Below, in pieces: positions 28,775-42,994 of a DNA stretch of 64,000 nucleotides. The notes below the pieces were generated by a model. That model did not search any database. It saw only the letters and a program-made list of their open reading frames with translations, and was not told where the DNA came from. Position 1 is the stretch's first letter. Each line of letters opens with the position of its first letter. The position numbers and the translations under genes were made by a program. This DNA comes from Nymphaea colorata (Eukaryota): contig NC_045138.2 in NCBI RefSeq assembly GCF_008831285.2, forward strand, positions 2,852,001 to 2,916,000. Reading direction: 5' to 3'.

Positions 28775-31700
28775 TCACGAGGCTCTCTTGACCCTTCTTG
28801 GCTGACAGAGTAATTGGTGGGCGACCACTTATTAACTCAAGGAGAACAACACCAAAACTGAAAACATCTGATTTTAGTGATGCTCTACCAGTGATTGCAT
28901 ACTCTGGAGCAAAATATCCAAAAGTCCCAAGCATCCGAGCTGGAGAACTAGGACAGCTGGGTTGATCATCATTAGCAATTCGTGTAGCCATCCCAAGATC
29001 ACTTATCTGACAAGACCATATCAAATAAAAATTTCCTAAGACCAACAATGGAATATGCACCCATACATTTGAAGAGAGAAAAATGGCATTCACTTAACAT
29101 TCATGTGCATACAAGGAGACAGATTGTATGAGACAGACAAAACACACACACATACCCATCAACACATATACACATGGATAAAACACTAATTGAAGAAACC
29201 TGGAAAATACCAATCATCAGGTTCTTGCCATCACAGAAGAGATGCCTTTATTTCTCTCATGACAAAAAAGTGAAAAACGTTAGGAATCCAGTTGTATGAT
29301 AGGTCATTGCACTAAGTCATGCAGCAGCAAAGTAGTATGAAAACTCAAGGGGAATGTCTTTCCTCTTATTGAAGAAGCCAAGGCATGTTTCATAGATTCT
29401 ACATTTCTTTTTAAGATGAAACCTAAAACAGATGGAAATACTCATAATTAGAATACTAATCTCATATTCTAGCATATATCTCCGCAAGGACGTTAAAATC
29501 ATTTTCTGCCTGCTAATCAAATTCAATGATTCAAATGATATTATATACATGTTTCCATGTGAATTTTTCATGATGGTGAAATTTTTTTTATGATTAGGAA
29601 ATAGTTGCAACATGCTGGATGAAAATCCTGAGTTTGTCTTGTCTCCAAAATAACATAAAGTACTTGTCAAGAGGACCATGTGCATGTGACCCCTTGTGAA
29701 ACCAGAAAGCAATTACTAGCGTCTTTGAGTCACATGAGCCAAACTGTTAATTATAAAATAATTATTCAGTTGGATCTAAGCACCCCAAATAAACCATCAG
29801 TCAGGAAATGCATGAATTTCATAGGGATCTTCCTTTTCAACTTTTCTTTTGGGTTGTTGTTTCATGAACTTGTTGACCATTTTAGCATGGGCAACACACT
29901 GAACCACAGCATATAACTTGCAGTTGAGGTTTCACAAGTTACAACACTAGCCTTGAGTGCCTTTCTAATTTGCCATTAAATAATCATTATAGACACCCTG
30001 TTCTTTATTCTTGAATCTTTATCATGCATTTACCAGAATACCCATGAGAAATAACAAATACCTGGCAAAGCAGTTGCTAGCGTATAAAAAATCAGATCGT
30101 CTCACATAAGCACTAATCAAAATTGGCAATATCCACATGGCGCTTCAAGTCCTTAGCACGAAGTTGACCACAGTGCCACTTAGATAAACATAAGCATCAA
30201 AATTGCCACCAAAAAGAATTTGATTACCTTGGACCTCCAATTGCTGTCCAGAAGAAGAACGTTGCTGGATTTGACATCTCTATGTAGGATCGTAGGAGCA
30301 GCAGCTTCATGGGGATACTCCAATCCTTTTGCAGCCCCAATTGCAATACCAACACGTGTGGCCCAATCTAGTGGTTCCTTCTGTTTTGCATCTCAATGGC
30401 ACCGAAGATTACCATTTGGCATGTACTCAAATATTTGAAGACGTTCACAATATTTCCCTTGAGAAACAGAACAGTAACCAAGCAAAGGCACAATATTGAA
30501 GTGGTTCAGTCTTGCTATCATCTCAACCTGAGAAAATAAAGATCAGTCACTTCACAACTTTTAGAAGAATAAGATTTAAGTAGATGTGGTACAAGGTCTG
30601 CAGACTTCTTGGAAAAATTAGTTAAAATCACAACCTTTAGATCTACAAAATCTATAAATGTTAACTTCTTCCATCATCCAAAAACCTGATTTAGTTTCTT
30701 TAGATCAGTCAATCAAAAGGCTACAACGTAAGCCAACCAATTCTTACGAATCATGACTAGCTGCTGGCCTGTTTCTCACATTTAGCAAGTTGGAGATGTT
30801 TGTCTACTCAAAAGAAGCCATGCAGCCCACGTATGTCAAAGGCCTGTTTCTCTAAGCAATCACATTGTGACATTGCACAGGACAGGGCAGGGCTTGCCAT
30901 CTGATTCTAATACCTTGGCAATATAAAGCAGCTGGTTTATTCATATTTTCAAATATAAATTAATGAAAAAATAAAAAATCCCATTCCTACTTTTCAGGAC
31001 AGTATGCCTGACTGGTCAGATATCATTCTCATCCTTGTAATGCAACATAAACACACAAATCTTTCCTTAAATTCCAGCGATACTTTTTATGTTCATTTAA
31101 AAAGCAAGAAAAGTCCAGTCATCAAAGCAAAAGCAAATGCCTCTGGTAGACCAACCTCAGTAAGAAATTCAATATCAGCATCTGAACCTTTTTGAACTTC
31201 CAATCTCTTAACAGCAATATCTCTCCCATCCTTCAGTTGTCCATAATAGACATTGCAACTTTCACCAATGCCGACAAGGTTTGAAAACTTGTTGGTCGCA
31301 CGATCCAGCTCTGCATAAGTGATTGCCAGGAATCCGGTCTTTTTTCACCGTGCGCATGTAATGTTTCATCCATAACCATCCTGTGGACCCAAAGGTAAAC
31401 TGTTAAAGATCCATCAATATGTGCAAAGTTAAAAAAGAACTGCACACATCAATGATAGTCCTTCCACATTAAAGATAAAAATATACATTTATAGGTTCCT
31501 GAAAGCACGACAAATATTATGGCCACAAGAGAGAAATGGCCTGCTAAGGACAAGCTACTCAAGCATACATATACATGCACAAAGGCCTGCAAGCATACAC
31601 TGTGTGAAACATCAAAACATCCAACAAACATATGACAATTGACAGCATTGACCACCTTGATTTCAGGAAAGTAAGCACATAGACTCATTTTCATTGAAAT

Positions 31701-31890
31701 GGCAATTAAGTGATTAATGCGTATTAGTACAAACCAAAGTGTAGACCACAATAAGATGGTGAAACAATCTCAAGAAAAGCATTTTTCTGAATCAATACTT
31801 GACTAATAACATTTATCAAGAAATTGTGGAAAAGAAAAACATAAAATGATGGTTCCAAAGGTTTCTGCAAAATCGCTAGTCCGGTTCAAG

Positions 31891-32227
31891 CATTGTCACA
31901 ACTATCACTTTCAGGTATTAAGGGGTGAGATTTTTCTATAAAACAGCAGAGTTGTTTTTCTCGGGAACAGATAAAGAAAATCTCGGCAGGTTTTAAAAAA
32001 TTTAAAAAGGAAAAATCCTAAAAATAACATGTGAAAATAAAAATCTGGTAATTAAAAATATAAAAAATGCAAAAAAAAGGAATAAATAAATAAATGTGAA
32101 AAAAAAACGTGTTTTTCGCTTTTTTCATTTTTGCATTAAAAAATACATTTTTTCTGCTTTTTCAGCTATAAGTTTTTAATGCTCTTTTGCATTTTTTTTG
32201 GAATAAAACACATCTTCCGTGACAATG
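31891..32227. mobile_element. MITE in a kinase intron
   Basis: TIRs CATTGTCAC / GTGACAATG around an A/T-rich core; TSD not recognisable. Confidence 0.5.
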
Positions 32228-34120
32228 TTCGAAAGAAACAACGCATCTCTTCCCACAATAAATCTAATAACACTTTGGACACATATCACGATGTTGAAAG
32301 AAAAATATTGCTGCTCAAGACTGTAATAAATCTGAAAAAAGGAGGTTAAATCATGACAAATGCAAGAGTACACCACAAAATAATATGCATAACTAACAAA
32401 AAAAATACTAATATAAAATAAAAATTAAGATGGTCTACATCTTGATGTTTGTTTTTTCAGTTACCTTTTGTTAAGTTGAAATAGGACTGCTTTTTTGCCC
32501 GGGATTCTTTTAGTGAAGTTGGTCTGTGGCTTATTAGGTTGCTAGAACTGTTAACACTTGCTTCACTTCCCACTGAAAATATCAATGACTGTACAGGAAA
32601 TATTTCCTTTCTAGATAAACAGCAAATGATAGACGCAAGCAATACTATGGTTGTAAGTAGGATGCATGCTAAGAGAGTATATACAACTGCTTTGCTGGAA
32701 ATTTGCTTTGACGATGATTCTGACTTGCCAGGTTCTGCAGCTCCTGACAACAAAAAAACAGGATCAATAGTAATTTATTAGAGAAACTAAAAGATTAAGC
32801 AAGCTCAAAATCAAGATCCATGCAACAGTAAGATGTATGAACATGTTAAGCAAAAAAGGTAGATAAGAACCTGCAATGGGAAACTGATAAAAGATAGGAA
32901 GGGAAGGCAATCAGCAAAGGCAATTTTTTTAGTGTAGCTATGCAACCATATTTACAAGCAAACAATATATTGCCCGTAGCTTATTTTCCCCTTAAGATCC
33001 TGAACAGTTGCATGTTCTTACACAATTCAGCATAGCATAGTATTTTACATGCCAATTTGGGAAAATAATAGTGTCTAGTGTTATACATTTAGTGTCATGT
33101 ATACGTGTGGTGCCTAATATCAGTGTAGAGGCACACAAGAATAAACACTCCAAAAATCATACGCAACTGTTCATCTCAAATAAGATTAAGGTCATAAAAA
33201 CTGCGAATATGAAGCATCTACATAACATATTATGGCAATGAAATGCCAGCTAATCCCAAAATGAAAAACAAAAAAAGAGAAAGAAATTTGATGATTGAAA
33301 TCAACTGCATGATATCCATATCTAACACAAGTTTCACTAAGATGAAGTGATCACGTATCTAGTGTTGCATAACACAGCCCTGCAGAGTAACTAATAATCC
33401 TGAATTCAGAACCCGTTTGCCTATAAAGGAAAGACAAACCAAAAGATGATTTTTCAACCAGCATAAAGATAAAGAGATTGCTTACCTAAGACATTAGACC
33501 ACATATATGTTCTCAACCATAAAAACATACAACACCATAACCTACTCTCCAAAATTCCACTCCCCGATTAGAAAAATCAAAGTTTCCAACTATTGCTGGT
33601 GGATTGTATAAAAGAATGCAAGCTTAAGGTTTTGATCTTAGATGATATACCAATTTTTCACTGTAAAAAAAGTGCTTGTATTAAGGGGAACTTTCTGGCA
33701 ATAATCTTAATTTTGTATCATTTGACCACAACATCAGATTATTGGTGCAAAGAAAATGTTCATTGGGCTATAACATGCCATTTTGAGCCTCTTATACAAG
33801 CTACAGGGTCATGAATGCCTTTTTGGCTCGTGACTCATAATTAATAAACAATCAGCATGGAACAAACCAGGAAACAAATGGAAACGGAACAAATAGAATC
33901 GCGAACATCTTTGAGAAATTAAGACTACCAACACTTAGCATGACATTAAGTTATAAAATTTTGTAAGACGACCTTTTTTTCTTTTTCTAATTCCAGAATT
34001 TCTTAATGGCATGTTAGAAGTAACAGTCTTTCAGTTTTCTTTAACTCCATAAGTTTTCTATGTCCTCCTTGACAGAACTTTTCCTTGCCAAAATGAATAG
34101 ATATTTCATAAAGAAGTGAC

Positions 34121-34567
34121 CTGAATGTATTAGGTACAGGACATGCAATCAAGGGTTGAAAATGACTGGACAGTGACGGAAAGTGAAGGAGACATGGACA
34201 GGTTATGTTGTGCAAGACTTCTACATAGTTTAAGAAACACATGCTTAAGAAAGAGGAAGGTTCATGTCCCCACACCCAAGCTTTTCGAGAATGTTTCACA
34301 CTGGTGTCTACATCTGCACTCATGCCCACATCCATGTGACATAAGCTCTTACATATTTCTTAAAAAAACTAGTTATATGTACTACTTCATATGAAATAAG
34401 GTATTAAAGAATAATCTTTTAGCACTTCATCAACACAGTTGTCTGACTGCCCAATATATACTAACCTTATGTGTCAGGGGATAGAAGCAACAGAAATATT
34501 CACCAAAATATAAGCAACAGAAGACACTGAGTGGACACATATGTGTCACCTTGAAGACCAATTTCAA
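34121..34567 (-). pseudogene. Possible degenerate signal-peptide exon (34567-34504) and Cys-rich ectodomain exon (34313-34121) of the NCRK-like pseudogene
   Basis: TTG-KLVFKVTHMCPLSVFCCLYFG|gt has a phase-1 donor. The next segment has ITCPC and, in another frame, DCMSCT, and ends TCAG|gt (phase 1), matching the phase-1 acceptor at 32743. Its 193-nt length is frameshifted. Similarity is weak. Confidence 0.35.
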
Positions 34568-35423
34568 GCCCAAAGGAACAAGGTGGATATTACCGCTTAT
34601 CCAAAGACCGTGTGCTCGATTAAAGGACAAAAATTGGATATGATCGGGTCACAAGGAGTCAGGGAGCATCCAAATCATATTATTCTTTGGCTGCTCAAAT
34701 TACTTGACCACAAGAATATGGAAGCCTGTCATTCATTCTTTGGTTTCTCTGTTGTCTTGTAGCTGTTCCAGAGACCTGTCGCCGTTCTGGTGAGTGGTGA
34801 CCTACTGCTTTGATCAACATTGAGCTGTCTTTCAGGTACCTTCCTTCGAGCCCCTACCTGTCTCTCTGTTTCTCACATACACAGTAACACAAGTGCATAT
34901 TACGCTGGTTTTTCTTTTACTATGTTTTTACTGTCATTTCCCTAATCGGTCTAACGGATGCCCTTTTGCCTCTATTATGTTCATTTAGCCCTTTTTATTT
35001 ATTTATGTAATATGCGCTAGTTTCTGTAATAAGTACTGAGTTTCTGGTTATTTTTAGGTTCAATCTCGTTAAACCTGAATCTAGTTTTATTGTGTGCATC
35101 ATCAGAAATCACCCTTTTAAGCCTTTGTGTTCTGTTTTTTTTTTTAATCTCTTCTCATTTTCATAATATTGTTTGATCTCAGTCTTTTCTTGTGTTTCAT
35201 TAATTCATGGATTTGAACACTTCACAATCTGCACAGACCACAGTTTTCATTGATGTCCACAAAATTATTTGTTTGTTTTCTTGAATAATGTGCTTATTTA
35301 GGTTCATTTGGTTCAACTATGTAGCTTTCTTATTGAGTTCGGGATGTCTATTCGTGTGCGCTTTGTTGCTTTGGGTCTGCTATTGTCTTTTCATTGTTTC
35401 AGAACTTTTATCTTTCACAAAAG

Positions 35424-36192
35424 TTACACTTGCTTGCAACAATAATTCTGGTAATCTTTCAACAAATTATAGTATTCTTCAAGATTGTATGACATATTCC
35501 TTCTAGTCCTAGTAGTTGCAATCGTCGAAATTTCAGTGGTAGGAGTTGGAGGTGGAGGACTATCTTCATGAAGCATTTGTGTAAAGGATTGTGAAGTTTC
35601 AGGATTCATGTACATTGGAGTGGATTGAGATGCTGGTGTATGCGGTATTGGTTCAGCGTCCTCATGTATCAAGCTGTTTAATGTGTCTGACTCCAGTGGC
35701 ATGAGAATCACCAAAGACCTCGACAAACTAGTCAAAGTATCTCCATAACTTGGGACCTCTGTACTTTTTCTTATTCGGATATTTTTGAAAAATTTCATGT
35801 GTTAAATAAACATGTAGTGAAGGTAAGTCAGACATATAACCTAATAGTAACATCTCGATAACATACTTCAATGTAGTCACTCCATACTTAGGGATTGACT
35901 TCAATACATTTGTTGATTGAGTCATACCCAAACTCTTTGTATTCATAATTTCTTTCATGATTGTTAGGTTGAGTTTTGAGTACTTCAACTTGTTTTTAAT
36001 TTTGTCTTTACTGAAATCTGGACTGAATCTTTCCATCATACTTTTTTCAATCGCTGTATATGCTTTAGACTTTAAACCTCTACCAGATTTCATACCCGGA
36101 ATGCGTGATTGCTCCACAAGAAGTTGCACTAAATAGTCCATTTGTGTTTCAGTCCATGTCAGATTCTCCCTTGATGGACCGCTGTCGTCCAT
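35424..36192 (-). mobile_element. PIF/Harbinger-type Myb/SANT-like DNA-binding protein remnant
   Basis: MDDSGPSRENLTWTETQMDYLVQLLVEQ...GLKSKAYTAIE..DKIKNKLK fits the Myb/SANT-like pattern of Harbinger accessory ORFs. Frameshifted downstream; no transposase or TIRs identified. Confidence 0.7.
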
Positions 36193-37191
36193 GCCAATGT
36201 TTTGGATAATATTTCTTCACTACTAGATATTTGAGTTGAAACAATCTTGCATAACAGGGATTAGGGAAAGATCAATATTACAACAAACAGAAATTAACGC
36301 GCATCCATGACGGCGACATGCCCAAGAACATGTATACATCAGCCAGCGATCACATGAACTAAAGAAGCATATGAACAAGCAATCACATCCGACAAAACAA
36401 GCCAACAACACTTAAATTCATTGCTACTAGTTACCATTTGAGTAGTGACATAGCCATTTCACAGCTTCTATACAATTGTAACCAAACACTCCAGAAGCAA
36501 GTCTGACATTTTATATGGAACATGATGTCTAGCATGATTACTTATCCCATGAAAACCAATGCAATGGATTAGAATAATTAGACTAATCAGAACTTAGAAA
36601 AAGCCAATTGAATATGATTCAAAATACAAGGGACTTGCCCATGTAAACAGAGACAAGAATAACTGTCCATTCCTGCATCTTAAGCACCTAATATGTACTT
36701 GATGGACACAACATTCACCTCTGTGAGGATTGCTTTTCCCTCTCTGCGTCAAACTTCCTTTGATCAAGATCCTTAAAAAGTCGCAAACCATGAAGGCCCT
36801 CTCTCTCGCCCTATCAACAGACTCCCCCTTGTAGAATGCAATCTGTTAGATTCGTGGTGTGTTATTTATGAGCAAGTATCACCAATTAGCCACCCACAAA
36901 ATTTTGTTAACCAATTAGTGGGTGAATTAATTGAGGGCTAATGCTTGGTCAACTTTATATCCACCTAAGTTGTGTATGTTCGTGTAAACATTGGTCATGG
37001 AGACGGTGGATGTTATGCTTCGTATTTACTTTTACTCTCCATTGGTCATGGCGCTCGTGAAATATTTTAGGAAAAACCAAGGAATGATAAAGAGGAAAAG
37101 GAAAATAAAGATCACCCGCATGTGATGGAGCTTTTGTGAGAACGACGTGCATATAGATATATATATATAGGTTGCTTATCATGCTTTCATT

Positions 37192-37369
37192 CAGGGGCGG
37201 AGTCAGGATTTTTTCTACGGTCGAGTCAATACGATTCGCGGGTCGGACCAAAAGGAGCAACAAAGAGCGACGGGTCGGGTCAAACTAAAAAAATTTGATT
37301 TTTTCAATGTAAAATTTTTTTTCTGCGCTCACCCAGGCCATGGCTCGAGCGCCCCTCCCTCCGCCCCTG
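37192..37369. mobile_element. Short MITE, CAGGGGCGGAG family
   Basis: TIRs CAGGGGCGGAG / CTCCGCCCCTG. Related degenerate copies at ~18341-18527, 38900-38961, 39188-39343, 39548-39680, 39940-40100 and 43492-43674. Confidence 0.7.
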
Positions 37370-40300
37370 CTCCCATCTCTCTCCAAATAAAAAATATCAA
37401 GTGCCCTTATACCACCAAATTTTTTATACCAAAAAAAACTCTTTTCACAAGATCAACTTGAACCAAAGAGTGTTTTCATACTAAATCAATAGTCATCGAC
37501 AATCTAGCGGGTTGAAACTATGTATAAAGTATCTTTTAGCATGTTTTTTAGGCGGTTTACTTCTTGTCCATGACATAAGAGACCTAGGATTCTCGTCTCT
37601 AAGCGGTTTACTTCTAAAATATCTTTCAGTCATCAACACTCTTGCGGGGATTCGGACTAGGAGATGACATTCCTTTGTAATAGGATTCATGTTTGGTTTT
37701 AAACAAATGTCTGATTGGATTCATATTTGTATCTGGATTCAATTTCAAATAAATATCTTATATCCAATGCCCATAAAAGTTTATCCTTAACGCATTATAA
37801 TGCGGTGCAGAGTCTGTCGCATATTAAAAAGTTGAATTTGGAGTCGGATCTGAAAATAAAGGTCCCATTTCATAGGGACTAAGATTGTGAATCTAGATAT
37901 CAGATTATAATATGGTATAAACTTTATATTTGTCTTTATTAATATCTGAATTTAAGTCTGAATATATGAATATCTAATTATCACTGAAAGTGACGTGTTA
38001 TTAATGAGTTGTTAAATTTCTAGGTGAGCAGGAGGCTATCCAACTGCTCAGAGTGAGGCCCGAAAGCTACACCCATGCCCTTACCTGCCGGGTTATGGGT
38101 TGCGTAAGAACTTAAGTAGGTATTGTACATCATTTAGCTAGAGTGTTTCAATCTCACCTTTTGCAGTTCATGAGAGTAACGCCCATGAAGATCGAACACG
38201 TGATGCACTATTAACATGTCGGCTGCTCGACCAGTTATGCTAAGCCCCTTGAAGCAATTAATTGTTAGATTTTTTTTTATAAAAATAATTAAGATAGCCA
38301 CCAACTTTTATAAAACAGTTTCACTGGACTCAACTAAAAGTCTTAGGATTGAGGGGGGAAATGCTCGTTGTCGTTGGTGTGCCTAACTCTACGAATGGAT
38401 GATGCGGCTGGGCAAGCCATGAAAACTTAGTTCTCAGCGTTTGCATTAAAACATCAATTCACTGCAAGAGCTAGTTGTGAGTCAACCTCATCAGTTTTTC
38501 ATTGGTAAGGTTTTTGTGGGGTGAGGCTCCTTTTTAAGAGTAGAGAATTTATTGGATCCTTTTGTCATTATCCCCAGTAAAAAAAGTTTGTGATGACACT
38601 TCGCCTGTTTTTTAATGCATTTATTTCGCACGCACCGAAAGGTCGTTTCTTTAAGTATACCCATATGGGTGAGTTGTCCTTGTTTCTTGACTCGGACCGT
38701 TTGTTGTGACGGTTGGTTTCTTTTCATTTAAAGTGTTTGAAAGTAGGTTGGAGCTATGATTTTTTAAGATTTTTTTTTAGGGGATAGGGAGGCAAAACAG
38801 TCCAACTTCTGGATTCGAGTGGGATCAAATTGAACCTGAATCCAAACTACACATGGCACCACTACGCACAACTAAAAATCTTCAATTTTTTTAATGCATT
38901 TTTTTTTATTTGCTGGAGTGGGACCATGGCCTAGGCGGCCCCCTCCCTCCCTCCACCCCTGTTTGAAAAGTTTTCGGTGCAAAAAATGTTACTAATGGGT
39001 AAATTGAAATATAGTTGAAACTGCATTCTTGGCATCCAAATCCTGTTTTGAAGCTTAAAAGGAAAAATATGTTGGATGCCGATGGGGTCTTCATGTGACC
39101 TATACCCATTCTTTAAAACATTAATTCATAATTAAACCTTAGGTAAATCTGGTCCAAATATATGGAGTAGGCCCACATGATCCTGGTCAGGGGCAGGGAG
39201 TGGGGGCTGAGAGGTGATTACAGAACCTTTTTTTTTTATATTGAAAAAGTTAAATTTTTTTAGTTTGGTTTGACCCGTTGCTCCTCTTGACGCGACCTGC
39301 AGATCGTTTGGCCCGTCCTTAAACAAACCTGTCTCTTCCCTTGATCCTAGTCATTGTTCATAGTCAATATAAATAGGCAAACAACTGTGGGCGACTTTTG
39401 CATCACAGTTTTTAATTGGAAAGTATTTCAGTTTAGAAGGGGGACATTGTGTTGAACGTGTGCCACTTTTTTGCCTCAGACATTATGTCAATCATTAATT
39501 TTCACATTTTTATTTAAATTGGTGTTCAACATCCATTTGCTTATATACAAGGGCGAAGCTAGGATTTTTTTGAGGGCGGGGCTAACAATCGTAGGTTGGC
39601 CAAGAGGAGCGACGAGTCAGGCCAAACTAAAAAATTTTTATTTTTTCAATATAATTTTTTTTCCTGTGCTTCCCTTCTTATAAAGCTGGTTTGATGGGAA
39701 TCAGTGACCCATGTGTCATTTCTTAAAAAATTTTATTGATTTTTTATTTACTTATTTCTATACAATTTTCAGCTGAATGATCTGCCAATCTACTAAGTCG
39801 GCAGCTCTGCTGGTTCATTTTCAATCATTTTCAAAGACTTTCATTTTCAAAGACTATGGGTGGCCATTGCATCGGGCTAGGTCGGTTCAGGGCCATTTTG
39901 TTAGCACTAAAATTCCTTCATATTTATCTCGGTTGAAGTTAGGGGTGGAATCAGTTTTTTTTTATGAGAAGGTCCGAATTAAAGTTTTTAAATTTTATGT
40001 TGAATTGAAATATCATTTTTTTAAACTTTTATATAAAATAAATATATATTTTTTTAAATTAAGATGGGGCCAGGGCCCCATCTACCTTGGCTCTGCCCTT
40101 AATTCAAGCCCTTTTCAGTTGTATTTTGTTCAAAAATAAAAATATATTATATATATATATATATATATTATGGAGCCCAACCAGGTTCAGCCCAAACCAA
40201 GGGTCCGAAAGCTTGGCCCGCTGCACCTATCTGCGACAGGAACTAGATAGGTTTCCACCTTAGGAATAGGGCCGTATCAGTTTTCTCAAAAAATGTACAT

Positions 40301-41715
40301 ATGAGTTGAAAGTTTGGATTATATAAAAGAAGCCAACAAAAAGCCTACATATTACAACGATTTGCTAATACAATAAAAGGAAAGAACAATTGCAATAGGA
40401 TGACGATCGGGAGAACTTTCCTTACTTGTGAAAGTAATGTGATCTGACCCCGATATAAAGCGTGGGTCATCCCCAAGAGCCATTTGCAGGTACATGACCA
40501 CCTTTCATGAACATGAACATGAACATGAACATGCAAGTAGGAGGAAGAGATCCTGGCCTCAACGGCCGGTATGTCTACGTTTCATATATATATATATATA
40601 TAAAAGACAAAATACTCAATAAAAACATTAAAAGCAATGAAAATAAAAGAAAAAAAGTCTTTTGATGTTTTTTTATTTCAAAACAAATTGTTCTCTTTTT
40701 CATTTTTTTTCATTTTTTACATTTTTTTTTGCTTTAAGGTTTAAGTTAAGTTAAGTTATTTATCCATAGTTCTATCATTACTAAAAATATCAGTTTTTAT
40801 CATTTTACCAAATTCCTGTTTATATTTCTTTTTTGATAGTTCCTCATTTATTTTGTTTGGGGTCGTATTAAGCTCCTTCGTACTCATGCCGACTAGCAAG
40901 AAAATCAAGAACTTTAAGCCATGCTTTTGAGATTATTGCAAACATGGTAAGCCCATGAGATTTTTTTTTTTTTTTTTGAAAACGAACATAGTCTGCAAAG
41001 TAAATCGGATGTTTCCTTCATAAGCGCAATGTAGTGCTTGGGCCGAAAGCAAATGTCAATTCCTAAATGACTATCATAATTTTTTTAAAAAAATAAAATA
41101 AAATAAAAGAAAACCTTTTCCAAAACCCGTCGCATCATGTAATTCCGACCCAAACATTGACAGCGCCTTGTTGCGCGGGGCTCACGTGAAAGTATTGTTC
41201 GCCTTAAAGATAATATTAAAAAAAAACTGAAAAAGAAATTGTTAAAGTTAAATGAAACTAGAAAAAATCCATTTCTCAATGGGCGGCGGCTTCTACGGGT
41301 TTCTGTGACGCTGGGCTTGACCGACTACAGAAACCTTCAACTCGGCTCCACTAAAATTAAATAAAATATTTTTAATATAAAATAATACATAATTATAATA
41401 ATATATAATTATATATATAATAATTAATATTAAATTATAAAGTGTCGGTCAAATTAAGCTACGGCCAGGCTAACTCAGCCAAACTCAACGGCTTGTCGAG
41501 CTAACCGGACTCGAGACCAGCTCTAGTCAGCCCGGACACCAAGTACCTATCTGTCCGGTCCCCAGCCTGTGCTGACTTCGTATTCATACCGCCTGGAGCT
41601 GTCTCCGGATGTCTACATCAAAACTTAAAATATGGATAGAGGGAAGTTTTCGTTTGAGAAAAATAAAAAATAACAATAAAAAAATCTTTAATCGAAATCC
41701 GGCTGCGAGCAAAGT

Positions 41716-42001
41716 CCAATACAAAACACGTGCAGAGGGTAATGGCAGGGGCATGGAATCAACGGCTGCCTCCCTCCTCCGCCTCCCGCTTATATATAAG
41801 CAGGTGCTCCTTCCACCGGCCATCCTAACAGCGCGATCGACCGACGGGTCACACTCCTGGAGACCTACCGCTCGATTCCGGCCGCCGGCCACTCCCGATC
41901 TTCCGATCATCCCCGCCCGTCGAGAAAGACCGATTTCGGCGCCCGGCTCCTAATTCCGACGTCGCTTTTCTCTTCCAGAGCGACGCCGCCTCTGTTCAGG
42001 T
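41716..42001 (+). promoter_or_regulatory. Putative Pol II core promoter with an ATG-less GC-rich first exon
   Basis: CCAAT 41716, G-box CACGTG 41727-41732, TATATATAA 41791-41799, CpG-rich leader with no ATG, donor CAG|GTAATA at 42000. Confidence 0.5.
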
Positions 42002-42994
42002 AATAACTCCGGCCTTTTCCTCTTCTGTCGTCTTTTCTTCTTCTCTCCGATCCCGAACGTATGGAATTGAACGGCAGAAAATAGGCGGACATTCTTTCTT
42101 ACTTCCATTTCCGAACCGACGACTCCTAATTTGTTTTCAGACAATTTCTACATAAATGTTAGACAAGATTATCATATAATCTAAGCAGTGGCGTAGCTCT
42201 TTAATTCTTTTTTTATTTTTATATAAATTTAATATTTATTTTTATACATATACACCAGTTCTTTAACATTCTTTTATTTTATATTAATAATTTTAATATT
42301 TATTTTTAGTGCCCCTACACAGGTGCCCTAATTTTTCTATCACGCGCCCAAAATTTCCATGTCCTTGTACCCATTCACCTATATATGTATATGACACGCC
42401 TAAAGTTTCGATGTCCTTTTTGCCCATTCCACGCGAGTTCCCTTACCAGGCAATGTCGGTATCGGTCCGTTGATCGTGATGGTGGGACCGCCTCACATGG
42501 TATGACTCGTGCGGATGGGGGCAACGGTGGTCACGGATGGCTACCTTATCGCACCACGCGATCGTGTGCCGGTCGTGGTGTGTGTGGTCATCACGCGCCA
42601 TAACTTCATCAGCTTTCTTTCATTATGACCAACCAGTATTGTTGTTATCTGAGCTTACATTGTTGATCATCATCATCGTCATTGCAGAGATTGTGTTGAC
42701 AAAAAAAAATGGTAGCTTTTGTATACATCGATGATAATATCTTACATGCTTAGTTTGATAGACTCATTTAAAAGTTATCAAATATGTTTCCGGTTATCAT
42801 CTCAATGGCTCTAGTATGAATGTTGCCTATAATCAAAATTGGTGTGCAATCTAATATGTATCGAAACTAAAGAAATTTTTTATTATCTATTGAAACTAAA
42901 GAAAATTTGTATGTGCCTATAATCTCAATTAGTGTGGGTCTAATATGTATTGAAACTAAAGAAAATTTTATATTTGGTTTATAGTGGGTGAAAT

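Larger units (their letters stand above)
26010..32743 (-). pseudogene. NCRK: NCRK-like receptor-like Ser/Thr kinase pseudogene. Exons 32743-32465 (TM), 31380-31156, 30527-30228, 29006-28775 plus 28065-28061, 27259-27035, 26348-~26010
   Basis: TM exon (VVYTLLACILLTTIVLLASIICC); [37 protein letters not shown]...[57 protein letters not shown]-terminal LLTSKSRS / [11 protein letters not shown]. Lesions: frameshift near 31325, in-frame TGA 30393-30395, TRIM-derived TAA 28770-28772, frameshift/TGA at 26082-26084. Confidence 0.85.

Noticed and set aside
42440..42700. GC-rich patch with a His-rich minus-strand sORF (MARDDHTHHDRH...)
   Set aside because: Short, no recognisable family, and no supporting promoter or splice context.
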